The notes: generated by a model from the sequence alone, not told the origin. Positions 1 to 11,185 are shown, numbered from the stretch's first letter. The stretch: DNA of 50,656 nucleotides from Ignavibacteriales bacterium (GCA_037446075.1 JBBIJH010000003.1:1-50656); one strand, 5' to 3'. Made by a program: numbers and translations.

Positions 1-65
1 GCCGGGTTCCATCAAAAGATAGAGAGTAATCAAGTCAGAAGCAAGGAATGGGCCTAGTGGAAAAA

Positions 66-1826
66 TTACCGGGAAACCGCCATCGACCTCGACGCACTGA
101 AGCCGCCTGCCTGCAAAATGTACGTGTATCGCCCCGGCGAGAGTTTCCTTCCGTCAAGCGCCACCACATAACGGCCAGCGTCTTGCGTCGCATCGAGAGC
201 TGTGGCAACTTCTCGGCCCCTCGCATCTAAGATCTTCAGCTCAACCCTTGAACGACTAGTCAGCTCAAAGGCAACGAAGCTCACTTCGGAGAATGGGTTG
301 GGAATGTTCTGGGCGAGAAGAGAAATTGGTTGAAATGGATTCGAGAGTGCCACGAGCTGCGGGATCATGATCGCAGCCACATTCGATGGAATGCTCTCCA
401 CGTTTCCCTTGTCGATGGCCGTGACGACGTATCGATATTGTGCGGAGACAGGTCGTTCGATCATGTCGAGGTAGCTCGAGTCCACTCCCGAAACGATGGA
501 CAAGAGATTCCTCGCATCTTCGAGATCCCCGCGCTTTCCAAGAAATCGATACACTGCATAGAACCTCGCGCTATCGCCGTCCATTGCTCTTGAGGGTGGC
601 GACCATCGGAGGCTGTACGTGTTTGGCTCCACTTCAACCGCTGTAAGATTCGACGGAGGGTTGGGTGGGATGCTATCCTTCCAAGGCATAGGGGGAATAA
701 GCGACCAATGATGATAACGGTCACCGAGAACGTCCTCGCGCGCTACATCGTTGAAGGTAAAGAAGCAGTTCCCTAAAGCCCCCGCAGCACGCGTCGTGTC
801 AATCAACTCCGGGATCTGATCCAGAACAGCGGGCTTGTACGCCGCTATCCCGGCGTAAACATGGCGCCCGAAGGAGTTCGCTTGCCAGTCACGGATCAGA
901 ACGTTGAATTGTGGATTCCCCTTGAGCCCCCAGTACAGCTGAGGCATAACGTAATCTTGTTTTTTCTCTTCTAACCAGCGCCGTGCATCCTGACACAATT
1001 CCACATAGGCTTGCCATCCCTCTGCACCCGGGAGGTTCTTGTAAATGCCGATCGGTGCAGAGCCTACTTTCACCATCGGCTTTACGGCCATGATGCTGTC
1101 GTAGATTGCACGCACAAAACTGTTAATGTTCTCGCGACGCCAATCATCTCTGGCCATCCCGCCGCCGTATCGGGCAAAAGTCTTTTCGTCATCGAATTCG
1201 ACTCCGGGATATCTCAAGTAATCGAAGTGGATCGCGTCGATATCATAGTTGCGTACCATCTCCATCGCTACGGAGACTAGATAAGCACGGGCTTCCGGAA
1301 GACCCATATCGAGCCACCATTCCGTGCTCGTCACTTTCCCGTTCCAATCACGGTTCGACCAGAGCCTCGCCCACTCACGATGCGCATTCACGACATGGGG
1401 CGGAGAGGAGATCGGTGGGCGGTCCGGTCCATCCGCAACCTTTACCACATTCCACCATGCATGGAATTCTAAGCCAAGCTTGTGAGCCTCTGCTATAGCG
1501 AATCGGAGAGGATCGTACACGGGAGCAGCTCCTAACGTGCCCGTAAGCGACGATGCCCAAGGTTCATACTGCGAGGGATAAAGAAGATCCCCACGTGCAC
1601 GAACTTGAAAGACCACTGTATTGAACTTCAGCTCCTTCAACTTCTGATAGATTAAAATGAGTGAGCGTTTTTGCTCTTCCGAATCGTACGACTTCGGCCA
1701 GTTAAGCCCACGAACCGTGGGGATCCAGGCCGCCCGGACCTCTCTCTTAGGGGTTCCGGCCTGGGATACCAAGCCATCTGGAAGACACAAAAGTAGGAGG
1801 GGAAAAAAGAGGCAACGGATCAACAT
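66..1826 (-). CDS. Secreted glycoside-hydrolase-like family 10 (GHL10/DUF187, YngK-type) protein with T9SS-type C-terminal sorting domain
   Basis: 586-aa ORF with a hydrophobic signal peptide (MLIRCLFFPLLLLCLP). The core is GHL10-like (FQVRARGDLLYPS, EFHAWWNV). The last ~80 aa (NPFSEVSFVAFEL...GRYTYILQAGG) resemble a Por_Secre_tail/FlgD-Ig type CTD. Confidence 0.7.
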   Translation of the reverse strand: MLIRCLFFPLLLLCLPDGLVSQAGTPKREVRAAWIPTVRGLNWPKSYDSEEQKRSLILIYQKLKELKFNTVVFQVRARGDLLYPSQYEPWASSLTGTLGAAPVYDPLRFAIAEAHKLGLEFHAWWNVVKVADGPDRPPISSPPHVVNAHREWARLWSNRDWNGKVTSTEWWLDMGLPEARAYLVSVAMEMVRNYDIDAIHFDYLRYPGVEFDDEKTFARYGGGMARDDWRRENINSFVRAIYDSIMAVKPMVKVGSAPIGIYKNLPGAEGWQAYVELCQDARRWLEEKKQDYVMPQLYWGLKGNPQFNVLIRDWQANSFGRHVYAGIAAYKPAVLDQIPELIDTTRAAGALGNCFFTFNDVAREDVLGDRYHHWSLIPPMPWKDSIPPNPPSNLTAVEVEPNTYSLRWSPPSRAMDGDSARFYAVYRFLGKRGDLEDARNLLSIVSGVDSSYLDMIERPVSAQYRYVVTAIDKGNVESIPSNVAAIMIPQLVALSNPFQPISLLAQNIPNPFSEVSFVAFELTSRSRVELKILDARGREVATALDATQDAGRYVVALDGRKLSPGRYTYILQAGGFSASRSMAVSR

Positions 1827-1854
1827 GATCGATGGAATGAACGCAAAAGCGTGC

Positions 1855-2955
1855 TCAAGCCGTTCTCAGTCTCTGTCGTAGCTCATGCAGTGCGAAGTCA
1901 ATCTCGGACTCCTGGATCCCTTCCGCTACAGAAACCTCACCGATCCTTTTGGGGAGTACCATGCGTACTTTTCCATTCACCGCTTTCTTATCGGCAGCGA
2001 TTGCTTTCAAAGCATCCTCGAATTTGATCGACACGGGCGGCAAGTGTGACAGGAGGCGCCCCAGAAGACGCCGCATGCGTGCGTAGGATTCCTCGGGCAG
2101 GAGACCTCGACGATAGGCAATGTCGTTCTCTGCTGACATCCCGAGAAGGACAGCTTCGCCGTGCTTCAGCACACGATATTCACCGGCAGCTTCAAGAGCA
2201 TGACCGATCGTGTGCCCATAGTTCAAAATAATCCTTTCTCCTTTTTCGACCTCATCTCTGGACACAAGAGAGGATTTGATCTCACAACACCGCGAGATGA
2301 CTGTCATCACTGCATCCGGCCGCAAAGAAAGCAGGTCGTCCAGCCGATCCTCGATGAAAGTGAAAAGCCCGGCGTCTGAGATGATGGAGAACTTAATGAC
2401 CTCGCCCAATCCGCAAAGAACTTCCCGAGCCGGCAAGGTGCGCAGGACGCTGGCATCGGAGAGGACAAACTTCGGCTGATAGAAGGCACCGATCATGTTC
2501 TTCCCGAGCGGATGGTTCACTGCCACCTTTCCACCCACAGAGCTGTCCGCTTGAGCCAGAAGCGTCGTTGGGACCTGGACAAAGGAAACGCCCCGCAGGT
2601 ATGTCGCCGCGATGAACCCGGCGAGATCCCCGATCACGCCCCCGCCGAGTGCTACAATCGCGGAGTTACGTCCAACCCGTTTTTCGATCAGCTCTGTGAA
2701 GATTCTGTTGGCTGTCCTCAAGCTCTTTTGCCTTTCTCCCGGCAGAAGGGTAATCGCGTGCACAGTAAACCCGTAGTGGACGAGACTTCCACTCACATGA
2801 GGAAAATAGAGCTTTCCAACAGTGCGGTCAGTGATGATGACAACCACAGGGGGGAGTGCATGCTCTTGGGCAATCGGCCCAACGTTGCTGAGGATCTCAC
2901 TTCCGATGTAAATGGGGTAGGTTCGAGGTCCCAGATCGACGTGAAGGATCTGCAT
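1855..2955 (-). CDS. aroB: 3-dehydroquinate synthase
   Basis: 366 aa with the diagnostic stretch GGGVIGDLAGFIAATYLRGVSFVQVPTTLLAQADSSVGGKVAVNHPLGKNMIGAFYQP. Lies next to aroK. Confidence 0.95.
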   Translation of the reverse strand: MQILHVDLGPRTYPIYIGSEILSNVGPIAQEHALPPVVVIITDRTVGKLYFPHVSGSLVHYGFTVHAITLLPGERQKSLRTANRIFTELIEKRVGRNSAIVALGGGVIGDLAGFIAATYLRGVSFVQVPTTLLAQADSSVGGKVAVNHPLGKNMIGAFYQPKFVLSDASVLRTLPAREVLCGLGEVIKFSIISDAGLFTFIEDRLDDLLSLRPDAVMTVISRCCEIKSSLVSRDEVEKGERIILNYGHTIGHALEAAGEYRVLKHGEAVLLGMSAENDIAYRRGLLPEESYARMRRLLGRLLSHLPPVSIKFEDALKAIAADKKAVNGKVRMVLPKRIGEVSVAEGIQESEIDFALHELRQRLRTA

Positions 2956-2970
2956 GCGTCAGAGGGGTCG

Positions 2971-3513
2971 TCATTCGATGAAGTTGCGGAGTTTGCGGAC
3001 GATCTCGTCGACGGTGTGGCCGATTTTCTTACCGCCCGTATGCACGACAACATCGGCCTGGCTATAAAAAGCTTCTCGTTCCGTCAGGAGCTGCATGATG
3101 CGTCGAAGAAGTTCGCCATTATTCAGGATTGTCCCTTCTGTTCCCCGTAAGAGAGGTCGATCTGATTTGAACTTCAAACGCTGAAGAATCTCCTCCGGCT
3201 CCGCCTTGAGATAGACAAGCACTCCAGTGGACTTAATGACGCTGAGGTTTTCCTTCTTCGTAATTGTGCCCCCGCCGAGAGAGACGACGCAGCCGTGGGT
3301 TCTGCTGATCTCTTGAACGACCTTCTTTTCCAGCTCGCGAAAATACCCCTCTCCGTTATCCGCGAAAATCTCCATGATCGTTTTGTTCGCCGTCGTCTCG
3401 ATCGTTTTGTCGACATCCAGGAAGTCGTATCCGATCGTGTTCGCGAGAATCGGACCGACTGTGCTTTTCCCGCTCCCCATGAACCCGGTCAGATAGATGA
3501 TGTCTTTCTGCAT
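2971..3513 (-). CDS. aroK: Shikimate kinase
   Basis: 180 aa with P-loop GFMGSGKSTVG near the N-terminus. Ends 15 nt upstream of aroB on the same strand. Confidence 0.95.
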   Translation of the reverse strand: MQKDIIYLTGFMGSGKSTVGPILANTIGYDFLDVDKTIETTANKTIMEIFADNGEGYFRELEKKVVQEISRTHGCVVSLGGGTITKKENLSVIKSTGVLVYLKAEPEEILQRLKFKSDRPLLRGTEGTILNNGELLRRIMQLLTEREAFYSQADVVVHTGGKKIGHTVDEIVRKLRNFIE

Positions 3514-3532
3514 GTTTCGAATCCGGATCGAG

Positions 3533-4273
3533 CTAAAAGTTCAGTGCAATTCCTAAATTAATAACAATCCCATCGAGGTTGACTTTTGAGCTGAAGGGCT
3601 GCTGGCTCAGTCGGTATGTTCTTCCGTTGTATTGAACCTCCGTTGGGATCGACTCCCGCGCCGGAAATCTGTTCGACATCTCGAACTGGGGATCCCGGAA
3701 CTTTAACTCCCCTCGCACCGAAAAGAAGTTGGTGAGGAAAAAGTCCGCGCCAGTAAGAACGTGGATGCCAAAAGCCACTTGATTCTCCCCACGCTCGGCG
3801 ACTTTGTCCACAACTCGGTAGATGCGCTCCCCATAATAAAATCCAAAGCCGCCACCCATGAAAAACTCTATCCTCTCCGAACTGAACGGCACAACAAAGT
3901 ATCCGCTCACTTCCACGGGGATGAATCGATATCCGTCCGTCACTGGAAGTTGCGTGCGTGTAGGCCCGGCAGGGACTGTCGCCAGACCAGATCGGGATGT
4001 TTCAATCCATTCAATTCCGATGCCCACCTCAATCCTCTTCGTGGGAAAGTGGTGTCGTAGTTCAGCCCCGATGCCGAAAATATCGTTAAGCTCAATGGAC
4101 TGATTCCGGAGGGCTTCGACAGGAGAATTTGGATTGGGGAAAAGCTTCGAAGTCGAATTATACGTTGCCCTGAGCAAGAAGCTGAAGCTTTGGTTTCTCT
4201 CGGAGGCAAGGAGCTCTCGTGAAAACATCAGCGAAAGTCCCACCACAAGCAAAATCTTCAGTCCACGAGTCAT
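3533..4273 (-). CDS. Hypothetical outer-membrane beta-barrel protein
   Basis: 246 aa with a signal peptide (MTRGLKILLVVGLSLMF). The sequence alternates hydrophobic and polar residues and ends in a terminal Phe (LGIALNF), typical of OM barrels. No specific family recognised. Confidence 0.5.
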   Translation of the reverse strand: MTRGLKILLVVGLSLMFSRELLASERNQSFSFLLRATYNSTSKLFPNPNSPVEALRNQSIELNDIFGIGAELRHHFPTKRIEVGIGIEWIETSRSGLATVPAGPTRTQLPVTDGYRFIPVEVSGYFVVPFSSERIEFFMGGGFGFYYGERIYRVVDKVAERGENQVAFGIHVLTGADFFLTNFFSVRGELKFRDPQFEMSNRFPARESIPTEVQYNGRTYRLSQQPFSSKVNLDGIVINLGIALNF

Positions 4274-4302
4274 GACGACGTCCCGACGCCCATGCTGTTT
4301 TC

Positions 4303-6396
4303 TCAGCGATAGAAGCGCTCTCGATTGTCAACGATGTCGGCCTTTTCTTTGAGATGGTTCAGCCACTCATTGAGGTACCGACCGCGTTTCTCCTGGAGTA
4401 GTTGCCCCCGGATATTCTTTTTCTGAACTTGATACTGAGCACTGTCAGGTTCTGTTCGACTGAGGAGCTTCACGATGAAATATCCCCGCTGGGTCTCGAA
4501 CGGAGGTGAAATCTCTCCGACCTTCATCGCGAGGGTTTTCCCTGCAAAAGTGTAATCTCTGCCAATCGTGGGCAACCATGTCTTCGGTGTAAACTCTCCC
4601 GTCTTGACGACTTTCAGAGTGGTATCCTGAGCCGTGAGAACCCCGAGGCTGTCCGTCGGCTGGAGTTTCTCTCTCAATTGTCTGGCATATTCACCAACCC
4701 TTTCGATCTTCTTCTTCAAGAGAACCTTTTGCCGAATCTGCTCCTTGACCTCAGAGAGCGGAAGCACGCCTTCCGACTTCACCTCTGTGATCTTGAAAAC
4801 CCCATAGCCGTTGTACACTCTGATCACTTCGCTCACAGCGCCGAGCTTGTTCCCAAAGGCGAATCTCTGAGTTTCGGGACTATAACCCACGCCAGGGATC
4901 ACAGTCCCTTTCTGGAATGGTGCAGTCTCCTGCACTTGATACTTGCTCAGGGCCGCCTCCTTATCAAAGTCACCCTGAGATGCGAGGTAGGAGAAATCGC
5001 TTGCTTGTTCCTGGATTTTTGACTTCGTCTGGCTACTTGCTCTAACGGCAAGAAAGAGGTCGGCGATTTTTACTTCGCGATTTTCCCTTCCAGTCACTTT
5101 CACAATGTGAAGACCGAACTGGCTTCTGACAGGGCCAACCACTTCTCCGACCTTCGCCTTGAATGCTGCTTCCTCAAACGGTTTCACCATCCTGCCTTTT
5201 CCAAACCATCCCAGGTCTCCTCCTTTCGACGCAGAGCCGTCCGTGGAGTACTCTCTCGCCAATGTTGCAAAGTCCTCGCCTTTTTTCGCCCGTTGGTACA
5301 GCTGACGAGCCTTTGCCCAAGCTTCGACGCTATCCTTTCCAGAGGGAAGATTGATCAAGATGTGACTGGCTCGAATTGATTCTTCCTTTCCCTTTCGTTC
5401 CTCCAAGACTTGTAGGAGGTGGAAGCCATCCGCATCCTGGATCGGCCCATGCACCTCTCCGACCTTTGCAGAGAAGACCACACTATCCCGAACAACACTC
5501 AGTTCGCCGCGTTTAAAGAACGCATCACTGAGCGGGAGCTCCGAGTGAGATTTGACTAGATCTTTAAAGTCAGCTCCGGCGCGGGCTTGACGGGCGAACT
5601 CTTCAAGCTCCCGGATCACAGCGGCCGTATCTTCCGCGGTGGGTTTCTCAGGAAAGATGACGTACTTCAGCTTCCGCGTCGCATTTTGTTTAAACTCCTC
5701 CTGATTCTCCAGGTAGTACTTTCGGATATCATCGTCCGTTACGACGACCTCCGAATCTTTCACCATCTTTGCTCCATCGAAGAAGATGTACTCGGCACTC
5801 ATTTTCACATTATCTTCCATGAAGCGATCATACACCTCCCCCTCTGTAACACGGACGGCGGCTTGGAGTACGCTCTGGAATTTTTCCTGTTCACGCTGCT
5901 TTCTCAGTGCTTTCTCAATCTGAACCCAGATGGCACTATTCTGTGGGTCACGGAGGGCAGCTTCATACGCCGATCGGTTAAACGTCCCGGCACTATCCGT
6001 AAACTGCTTCACAAGAAAGTCAGGTGGAGTTTCCCCACGAACCCAGTCGACGATCTCTTGATCTGTCACCTTTATTCCAAGTTTTTCCTTCTCCTGATCC
6101 AAGAGGATTTGGTTGACGAACATCGTCCAGGCCTGATCACGAATTTGCTCGGCAAGCCGCTCGTCCTCCTCCACCCCTTCCCGTTTTTGCGCATCCGAAA
6201 GGTTCTGAACAATGTCGGAAAACTCTTTGGAGTGAATCGGACGGCCATTCACTTTTCCGATGACATCCCCTGTATCACGACTTCGGCGACTGAGCAAATC
6301 CATACCCCAGTCGAAGATAATATAGAGAATAAACACGACGGCAAAGACGGCGAAAATGCCAGCCATGTTTTCTCTCATTTTAGTCATGATCGACAT
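4303..6396 (-). CDS. ppiD: Periplasmic chaperone / peptidyl-prolyl isomerase PpiD (SurA-like, parvulin domain)
   Basis: 697 aa with an N-terminal membrane anchor ([19 protein letters not shown]). Parvulin-like segments are present (ASHILI...[21 protein letters not shown]). Length and architecture fit PpiD. Confidence 0.8.
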   Translation of the reverse strand: MSIMTKMRENMAGIFAVFAVVFILYIIFDWGMDLLSRRSRDTGDVIGKVNGRPIHSKEFSDIVQNLSDAQKREGVEEDERLAEQIRDQAWTMFVNQILLDQEKEKLGIKVTDQEIVDWVRGETPPDFLVKQFTDSAGTFNRSAYEAALRDPQNSAIWVQIEKALRKQREQEKFQSVLQAAVRVTEGEVYDRFMEDNVKMSAEYIFFDGAKMVKDSEVVVTDDDIRKYYLENQEEFKQNATRKLKYVIFPEKPTAEDTAAVIRELEEFARQARAGADFKDLVKSHSELPLSDAFFKRGELSVVRDSVVFSAKVGEVHGPIQDADGFHLLQVLEERKGKEESIRASHILINLPSGKDSVEAWAKARQLYQRAKKGEDFATLAREYSTDGSASKGGDLGWFGKGRMVKPFEEAAFKAKVGEVVGPVRSQFGLHIVKVTGRENREVKIADLFLAVRASSQTKSKIQEQASDFSYLASQGDFDKEAALSKYQVQETAPFQKGTVIPGVGYSPETQRFAFGNKLGAVSEVIRVYNGYGVFKITEVKSEGVLPLSEVKEQIRQKVLLKKKIERVGEYARQLREKLQPTDSLGVLTAQDTTLKVVKTGEFTPKTWLPTIGRDYTFAGKTLAMKVGEISPPFETQRGYFIVKLLSRTEPDSAQYQVQKKNIRGQLLQEKRGRYLNEWLNHLKEKADIVDNRERFYR

Positions 6397-6492
6397 GTCG
6401 GAAGTAGCTCCTCACTCACTCCGTGTGCACAGAAAGTATGGCTTTTTCAATTTTAATATAGCGGAAAACGGCCTCAAATGCAACGATAATTA

Positions 6493-6521
6493 TTGACTTT
6501 GTCTGCGTCAAGAATTATATT
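6493..6521 (+). promoter_or_regulatory. Sigma-70-like promoter candidate for secDF (TTGACT-17 nt-TATATT)
   Basis: TTGACT at 6493-6498, a 17-nt spacer, TATATT at 6516-6521. Sits about 80 nt upstream of the secD GTG start. Confidence 0.3.
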
Positions 6522-6600
6522 GGAACGCCCGGAGAAGAAAGAGGCCGACCAAGGTGTTTTTCGAATTCACACTTTTTGAACTCAAGCTGGAGAACTCTGC

Positions 6601-8487
6601 GTGCGGAAGAATCTGACGAAGGTCCTCATCATCGCTGCCTCTGTTCTGCTTTCCGTTTATTTTCTCTATCCTACTTATAAAGACGCGCGCTATACTCGAG
6701 AACTTCGGGCGCTTTCTGGAGAAGACAGCCTGAAATACCTTGAGAAGCACGAAAGCGCGATGCATGACGCGAGGATGAAGCGTTTGAAGCTCGGGCTCGA
6801 TCTTCAGGGTGGCATGCGTGTTGTCCTCGAGGTAGATGTGCTAAAGATGCTCGAAGCCCAGGCAAAAAGCCGCGATGAGAATCTTGCTGCGATTCTCTCA
6901 GAAGTGAAAAACGAGGCAGCAGCCTCTGAGGTTCCTCTTCTCGACATCCTCAAAGCAAAATTCCAAGCCAGAGCAATCCGAATGAGCCGTTACTACGGCA
7001 GCATACGCGATAGCGACGATGACATCGTCAACAACCTTCAGAAACAGGCAACCGACGCGATTGACCGGGCGATGGAGGTCATCCGGAACCGAGTCGACCA
7101 GTACGGAGTGTCTGAGCCGACAATTCAGAAACTGGGCGGCCGCCGGATCATCGTCGAGCTACCGGGTGTGACGAAGGAATCCGAGGTGCGGCAGTTGCTC
7201 CAGGGTACTGCCCTGCTGGAGTTCAAGCTGCTCAAGGATGCGGACGTCGCTTACAAAATCATGGACACGATCGACAAGTTTCTCGCTGGCAAACCTCTGG
7301 CTGATACCACAGCCGCGGATACATCGAAGCAGGAAAAGAAGGACACGACTGGTACCGCTCCGACGAAGAACGATGCTGTGAAAACTGACACTCTGGCGGG
7401 CAAACTCCCAACCTCCGAAACAGACCAAGCAAAAGAACATCCCTTCTTGTTTCTCGCACGGCCCGACCAGAGAGGGACTGGAGAAGCCTACGTTGCAGAG
7501 GAAGATCGGGACAAGGTCACTCGAATCCTCCGTCGGGAGGACGTGAAGCGCCTCATCCCGTCTGATGTCCAATTTCATTGGGGAGCAAAGCATCTTTTTG
7601 TTTCCGAAGGGAAAAAGTATTACCCTCTTTACGTCCTGAAGAAAGATCCGGAACTCACTGGTGGCGTGATCACGAATGCGCGCGCAACGATCAACCCGAA
7701 CACAAATCAGCCCATCGTCACCATGGATATGAACAGCGATGGTGCGCGCGACTGGGCGCGGATAACAGGCGCGAACATTAATAAACGGATTGCCATTGTA
7801 CTCGACGAAGCGGTTTACTCCTCTCCCGTTGTCCGGAATAAGATTATCGGAGGAAGCTCCCAGATCGAGGGGCTGGATAATATTGACGAGGCGCGTCTCC
7901 TTGAAATCGTTTTGAAAGCAGGCGCGCTGCCCGCGCCCGTGGAGATCATTGAGCAGAGAAACGTTGGCCCTTCACTCGGAGAAGACTCCATCCAGAAAGG
8001 ACTCTCTTCCACCGTCATTGCCTTTATCGCGATTGTTCTCTTTATGGCAGTTTATTACCGCACCGGCGGCAGTATCGCAGACCTCGCGCTCCTGTTCAAC
8101 GTGCTGTTCATTCTCGGGGTGCTCGCTGGATTTCAGGCCACCCTGACGCTTCCCGGCATTGCAGGCATTATCCTTACACTCGGCATGGCTGTGGATGCAA
8201 ACGTACTTATCTTCGAGCGCATTCGGGAAGAAGCTGCAACTGGTAAGACGCTCCGAGCCGCGATTGATGCTGGCTACTCCAAAGCCTTTCGAGCTATTTT
8301 CGATTCAAATATCACAACATTCTTCAGCGGCGTAATCCTTTATCAATTTGGGACTGGTCCTGTTCAGGGGTTTGCGCTTACTCTGATGATTGGCATCGTC
8401 GCCAGCTTGTTTTCGGCAATCGTCATCACTCGGGTGATTTTCAACATCATGACCGAGCGTGGCGCAACTGCAATCAACTTTGGCTAG
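6601..8487 (+). CDS. secD: Protein translocase subunit SecD
   Basis: 628 aa with a GTG start. Contains LGLDLQGGMRVVLEVD and a C-terminal 6-TM RND-like domain. Followed by secF. Confidence 0.95.
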   Translation: MRKNLTKVLIIAASVLLSVYFLYPTYKDARYTRELRALSGEDSLKYLEKHESAMHDARMKRLKLGLDLQGGMRVVLEVDVLKMLEAQAKSRDENLAAILSEVKNEAAASEVPLLDILKAKFQARAIRMSRYYGSIRDSDDDIVNNLQKQATDAIDRAMEVIRNRVDQYGVSEPTIQKLGGRRIIVELPGVTKESEVRQLLQGTALLEFKLLKDADVAYKIMDTIDKFLAGKPLADTTAADTSKQEKKDTTGTAPTKNDAVKTDTLAGKLPTSETDQAKEHPFLFLARPDQRGTGEAYVAEEDRDKVTRILRREDVKRLIPSDVQFHWGAKHLFVSEGKKYYPLYVLKKDPELTGGVITNARATINPNTNQPIVTMDMNSDGARDWARITGANINKRIAIVLDEAVYSSPVVRNKIIGGSSQIEGLDNIDEARLLEIVLKAGALPAPVEIIEQRNVGPSLGEDSIQKGLSSTVIAFIAIVLFMAVYYRTGGSIADLALLFNVLFILGVLAGFQATLTLPGIAGIILTLGMAVDANVLIFERIREEAATGKTLRAAIDAGYSKAFRAIFDSNITTFFSGVILYQFGTGPVQGFALTLMIGIVASLFSAIVITRVIFNIMTERGATAINFG

Positions 8488-8517
8488 GTAGGGTCAGGAG
8501 CACGGGTCATAACGCGA

Positions 8518-9453
8518 ATGCGTCTATTCCGCGAGACACATATTGATTTCATGGGAAAGAGAAGGCTGTGGTACTCAGCCTCCGGTATCTTGTTGCTCAT
8601 CGGGATTCTTGGGATATTTGTGAGAGGAATTAGTTTTGGGATCGATTTCTTGGGAGGGACAGAGCTAGTCGTCCGCTTCGAGCAGCCTGTGGGGATTGGA
8701 GACATTCGCAGCGCCCTCGACCCTATTGGGCTCTCCCGAAGTGAAATCAAGACCTTTGGAAGCTCAAACGACATTCTCATCCGAACGGGCCAGCAAGCAC
8801 CCGGAACGACGATCGGAGACAGAATCCGAGAGGGTTTGAAGACCGCGTTCCCCAGCAACAACTTGACCGTGCTCAAAGAGGACAAGATCGGGCCGCGGAT
8901 TGGGAAGGAATTAAGACGGGACGCTGTGTATGCTGTACTGGCAACTTTGGTCGTGATCATGGTGTATGTCGGTTTCCGATTCAAATTCATCTACGGCGTT
9001 GCGGGAGTCGTTGCACTTTTCCACGACGTGCTGGTCACCCTCGGTGTCTGTGCCCTGTTGAACGGGGTCTCTCCCTATCTGAACCTGGAGATCACACAGA
9101 ACATGGTCGCAGCGTTTCTCACCCTCGTCGGCTTTTCCATCAACGACACCGTCATAGTTTTTGACCGCATCAGAGAGAATCTGAAAATCTATCGTTCGGA
9201 CGATCTTAAGACGATCATGAATCGGAGCATCAATCAGACACTGAGCCGGACAATCATTACCTCCGGCACCGTCTTACTTGTGCTGATGGTGCTGCTTCTT
9301 TTTGGTGGAGAGGTAAACCGTGGTTTCGCCTTTGCATTTTTCGTCGGTACAATCTCCGGCACCTACTCCTCCATCTATGTTGCCAGCGCGCTGGTTCTAG
9401 ACTGGACCTATTACCGTCAGAAAAAACTGCAGCAAATGAGGGCCGCAGCGTGA
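8518..9453 (+). CDS. secF: Protein translocase subunit SecF
   Basis: 311 aa with IDFMGKRRLWYSASGILLLIG...GIDFLGGTELVVRF and a C-terminal TM bundle. Confidence 0.95.
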   Translation: MRLFRETHIDFMGKRRLWYSASGILLLIGILGIFVRGISFGIDFLGGTELVVRFEQPVGIGDIRSALDPIGLSRSEIKTFGSSNDILIRTGQQAPGTTIGDRIREGLKTAFPSNNLTVLKEDKIGPRIGKELRRDAVYAVLATLVVIMVYVGFRFKFIYGVAGVVALFHDVLVTLGVCALLNGVSPYLNLEITQNMVAAFLTLVGFSINDTVIVFDRIRENLKIYRSDDLKTIMNRSINQTLSRTIITSGTVLLVLMVLLLFGGEVNRGFAFAFFVGTISGTYSSIYVASALVLDWTYYRQKKLQQMRAAA

Positions 9454-9467
9454 AGGGGTCGGCTGAG

Positions 9468-9803
9468 ATGGAATTCAAGATCAAACAGGAAAAAGGAGTC
9501 ACTGTGATTGCGCTGCACGGGAAGGTCGTCGGCGGACCAGATGCAACTGAGCTGCTCCAGCAGCTACACACTTTACTCGATCAGGGAAAGAAGAAATTCG
9601 TAGTGGACCTCGGGGGCGTGGAGCTGATGAACAGTTCCGGCCTAGGGATGCTCATCGGAGGATTAACAGCCGTCCGAAGGGCGGGCGGAGATCTGAAGCT
9701 CGCGAATGCTCCCCCTAAGATCCTGGGCCTCTTCACGGTCACCAAGCTCTCGAACGTCTTCACCCATTACGATTCCCTCAGGAAGGCAACCGAGAGTTTC
9801 TAA
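9468..9803 (+). CDS. STAS-domain anti-sigma-factor antagonist (SpoIIAA/RsbV-like)
   Basis: 111 aa counted from the ATG at 9468, which has AAGGGG about 10 nt upstream. STAS pattern: VTVIALHGKVVGG...FVVDLGGVELMNSSGLGMLIGG...GGDLKLAN. Confidence 0.85.
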   Translation: MEFKIKQEKGVTVIALHGKVVGGPDATELLQQLHTLLDQGKKKFVVDLGGVELMNSSGLGMLIGGLTAVRRAGGDLKLANAPPKILGLFTVTKLSNVFTHYDSLRKATESF

Positions 9804-9827
9804 CAAGCTCTCTAAACCAGAACTCGG

Positions 9828-9863
9828 AACTCCGATCTGCTCTTCTGCAGTCGGAGTTTTTTT
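9828..9863 (+). terminator. Rho-independent terminator after the STAS gene
   Basis: The stem AACTCCGATCTGC / GCAGTCGGAGTT has one bulge and is followed by a T7 run. Confidence 0.7.
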
Positions 9864-9888
9864 CGTTCACAGATAAGCGGAATTTGAG

Positions 9889-11166
9889 ATGCCCGTTGAC
9901 ATCGTCGTTGGTGCCCAGTGGGGAGATGAGGGGAAGGGAAAAATCGTCGATCTGCTTAGCAAGGACGTTGACATCGTTGCACGCTATCAGGGCGGACCAA
10001 ATGCCGGCCATACAGTTGTCCTAGGCGACAGAGAGTATGTCTTTCACATGCTCCCTGCGGGCATTCTCCACGAGAATGTCACCTGCGTCATCGGAAACGG
10101 TGCAGTCATCGACCCTGGCGCGCTGATGGAAGAAATCCGTCAGCTCACAGACCTCGGCGTCAGCATCTCCGGGCGGCTTCTCATCAGTCACAACGCGCAC
10201 CTCATCATGCCGTATCACAGACTCCTCGACCAGATCCGCGAGCAGGGCGAGAACAAGATCGGTACAACCGGACGAGGGATCGGGCCGGCATACATTGACA
10301 AATTCATGCGCACGGGAGTCAAAATTGTCGATCTCCTTGACCGGGAGACTTTGCGTGCTAAGCTAGAGCGGAACATCGAGGAAAAGAACCTTCTTCTTCA
10401 AAAGGTTTATTCCTTTGAAGAGCTTGAGGTGGAAAAGATCATTCAGGAATATCAGGAATTCGGCAAGCAGATCGACGATTATGTAACAGACACTGCATGG
10501 TACTTAAACTGTGCTCTGAAGGATGGAAAAAGAATTCTCGCGGAGGGCGCCCAGGGGGCTCTCCTCGATGTTGATCATGGAACCTATCCCTATGTGACAT
10601 CCTCTAACCCAACGAGCGGCGGTGCGTGCACAGGGTTGGGGATCCCACCCACTGCAATCCGATCCGTCATCGGGGTTGCAAAGGCTTATAGTACCAGGGT
10701 TGGAGAAGGGCCGTTTCCCACGGAGATGACAGATGAGTTAGGAACCCGCCTACGAGAACTTGGTGACGAGTACGGAGCGACAACCGGCAGGCCGCGGCGC
10801 TGCGGTTGGTTCGACGCTGTCAGCACTCGTTATGCTGTGATGGTAAATGGAATCGAGCGCATCGCCATTACAAAGCTCGATGTCCTTGGACACCTGGAGG
10901 AGTTGAGAATCTGCACTGCCTACCAGTTCAACGGACGGAGACTGAAAACCTTTCCTACAGACCTGATCTCCCTACAAAAGATAACGCCCGTGTATGAATC
11001 CTACGCCGGATGGAAATGTCCGATCAGCGAATGCAACATGTACGACGCCTTGCCGGAGAATGCAAGAAAGTATGTGGAGGCGATCGCACGTTTGACGGCT
11101 ACGAAGGTGTGGATAGTCTCCGTCGGAGCACAACGGCAGAAGACGATCATCCGAGAGCTTTCATAA
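9889..11166 (+). CDS. purA: Adenylosuccinate synthetase
   Basis: 425 aa with N-terminal VVGAQWGDEGKGKIVDLL, plus GTTGRGIGPAY and TTGRPRRCGWFD. Confidence 0.97.
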   Translation: MPVDIVVGAQWGDEGKGKIVDLLSKDVDIVARYQGGPNAGHTVVLGDREYVFHMLPAGILHENVTCVIGNGAVIDPGALMEEIRQLTDLGVSISGRLLISHNAHLIMPYHRLLDQIREQGENKIGTTGRGIGPAYIDKFMRTGVKIVDLLDRETLRAKLERNIEEKNLLLQKVYSFEELEVEKIIQEYQEFGKQIDDYVTDTAWYLNCALKDGKRILAEGAQGALLDVDHGTYPYVTSSNPTSGGACTGLGIPPTAIRSVIGVAKAYSTRVGEGPFPTEMTDELGTRLRELGDEYGATTGRPRRCGWFDAVSTRYAVMVNGIERIAITKLDVLGHLEELRICTAYQFNGRRLKTFPTDLISLQKITPVYESYAGWKCPISECNMYDALPENARKYVEAIARLTATKVWIVSVGAQRQKTIIRELS

Positions 11167-11185
11167 TAGCAAAGGACCGAATGGG

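Noticed and set aside
7288-7440. A T/K/D-rich low-complexity insertion in SecD (ADTTAADTSKQEKKDTTGTAPTKNDAVKTDT...).
   Set aside because: The periplasmic P1 head region of SecD varies in length between lineages. I see nothing to suggest function beyond a disordered linker.
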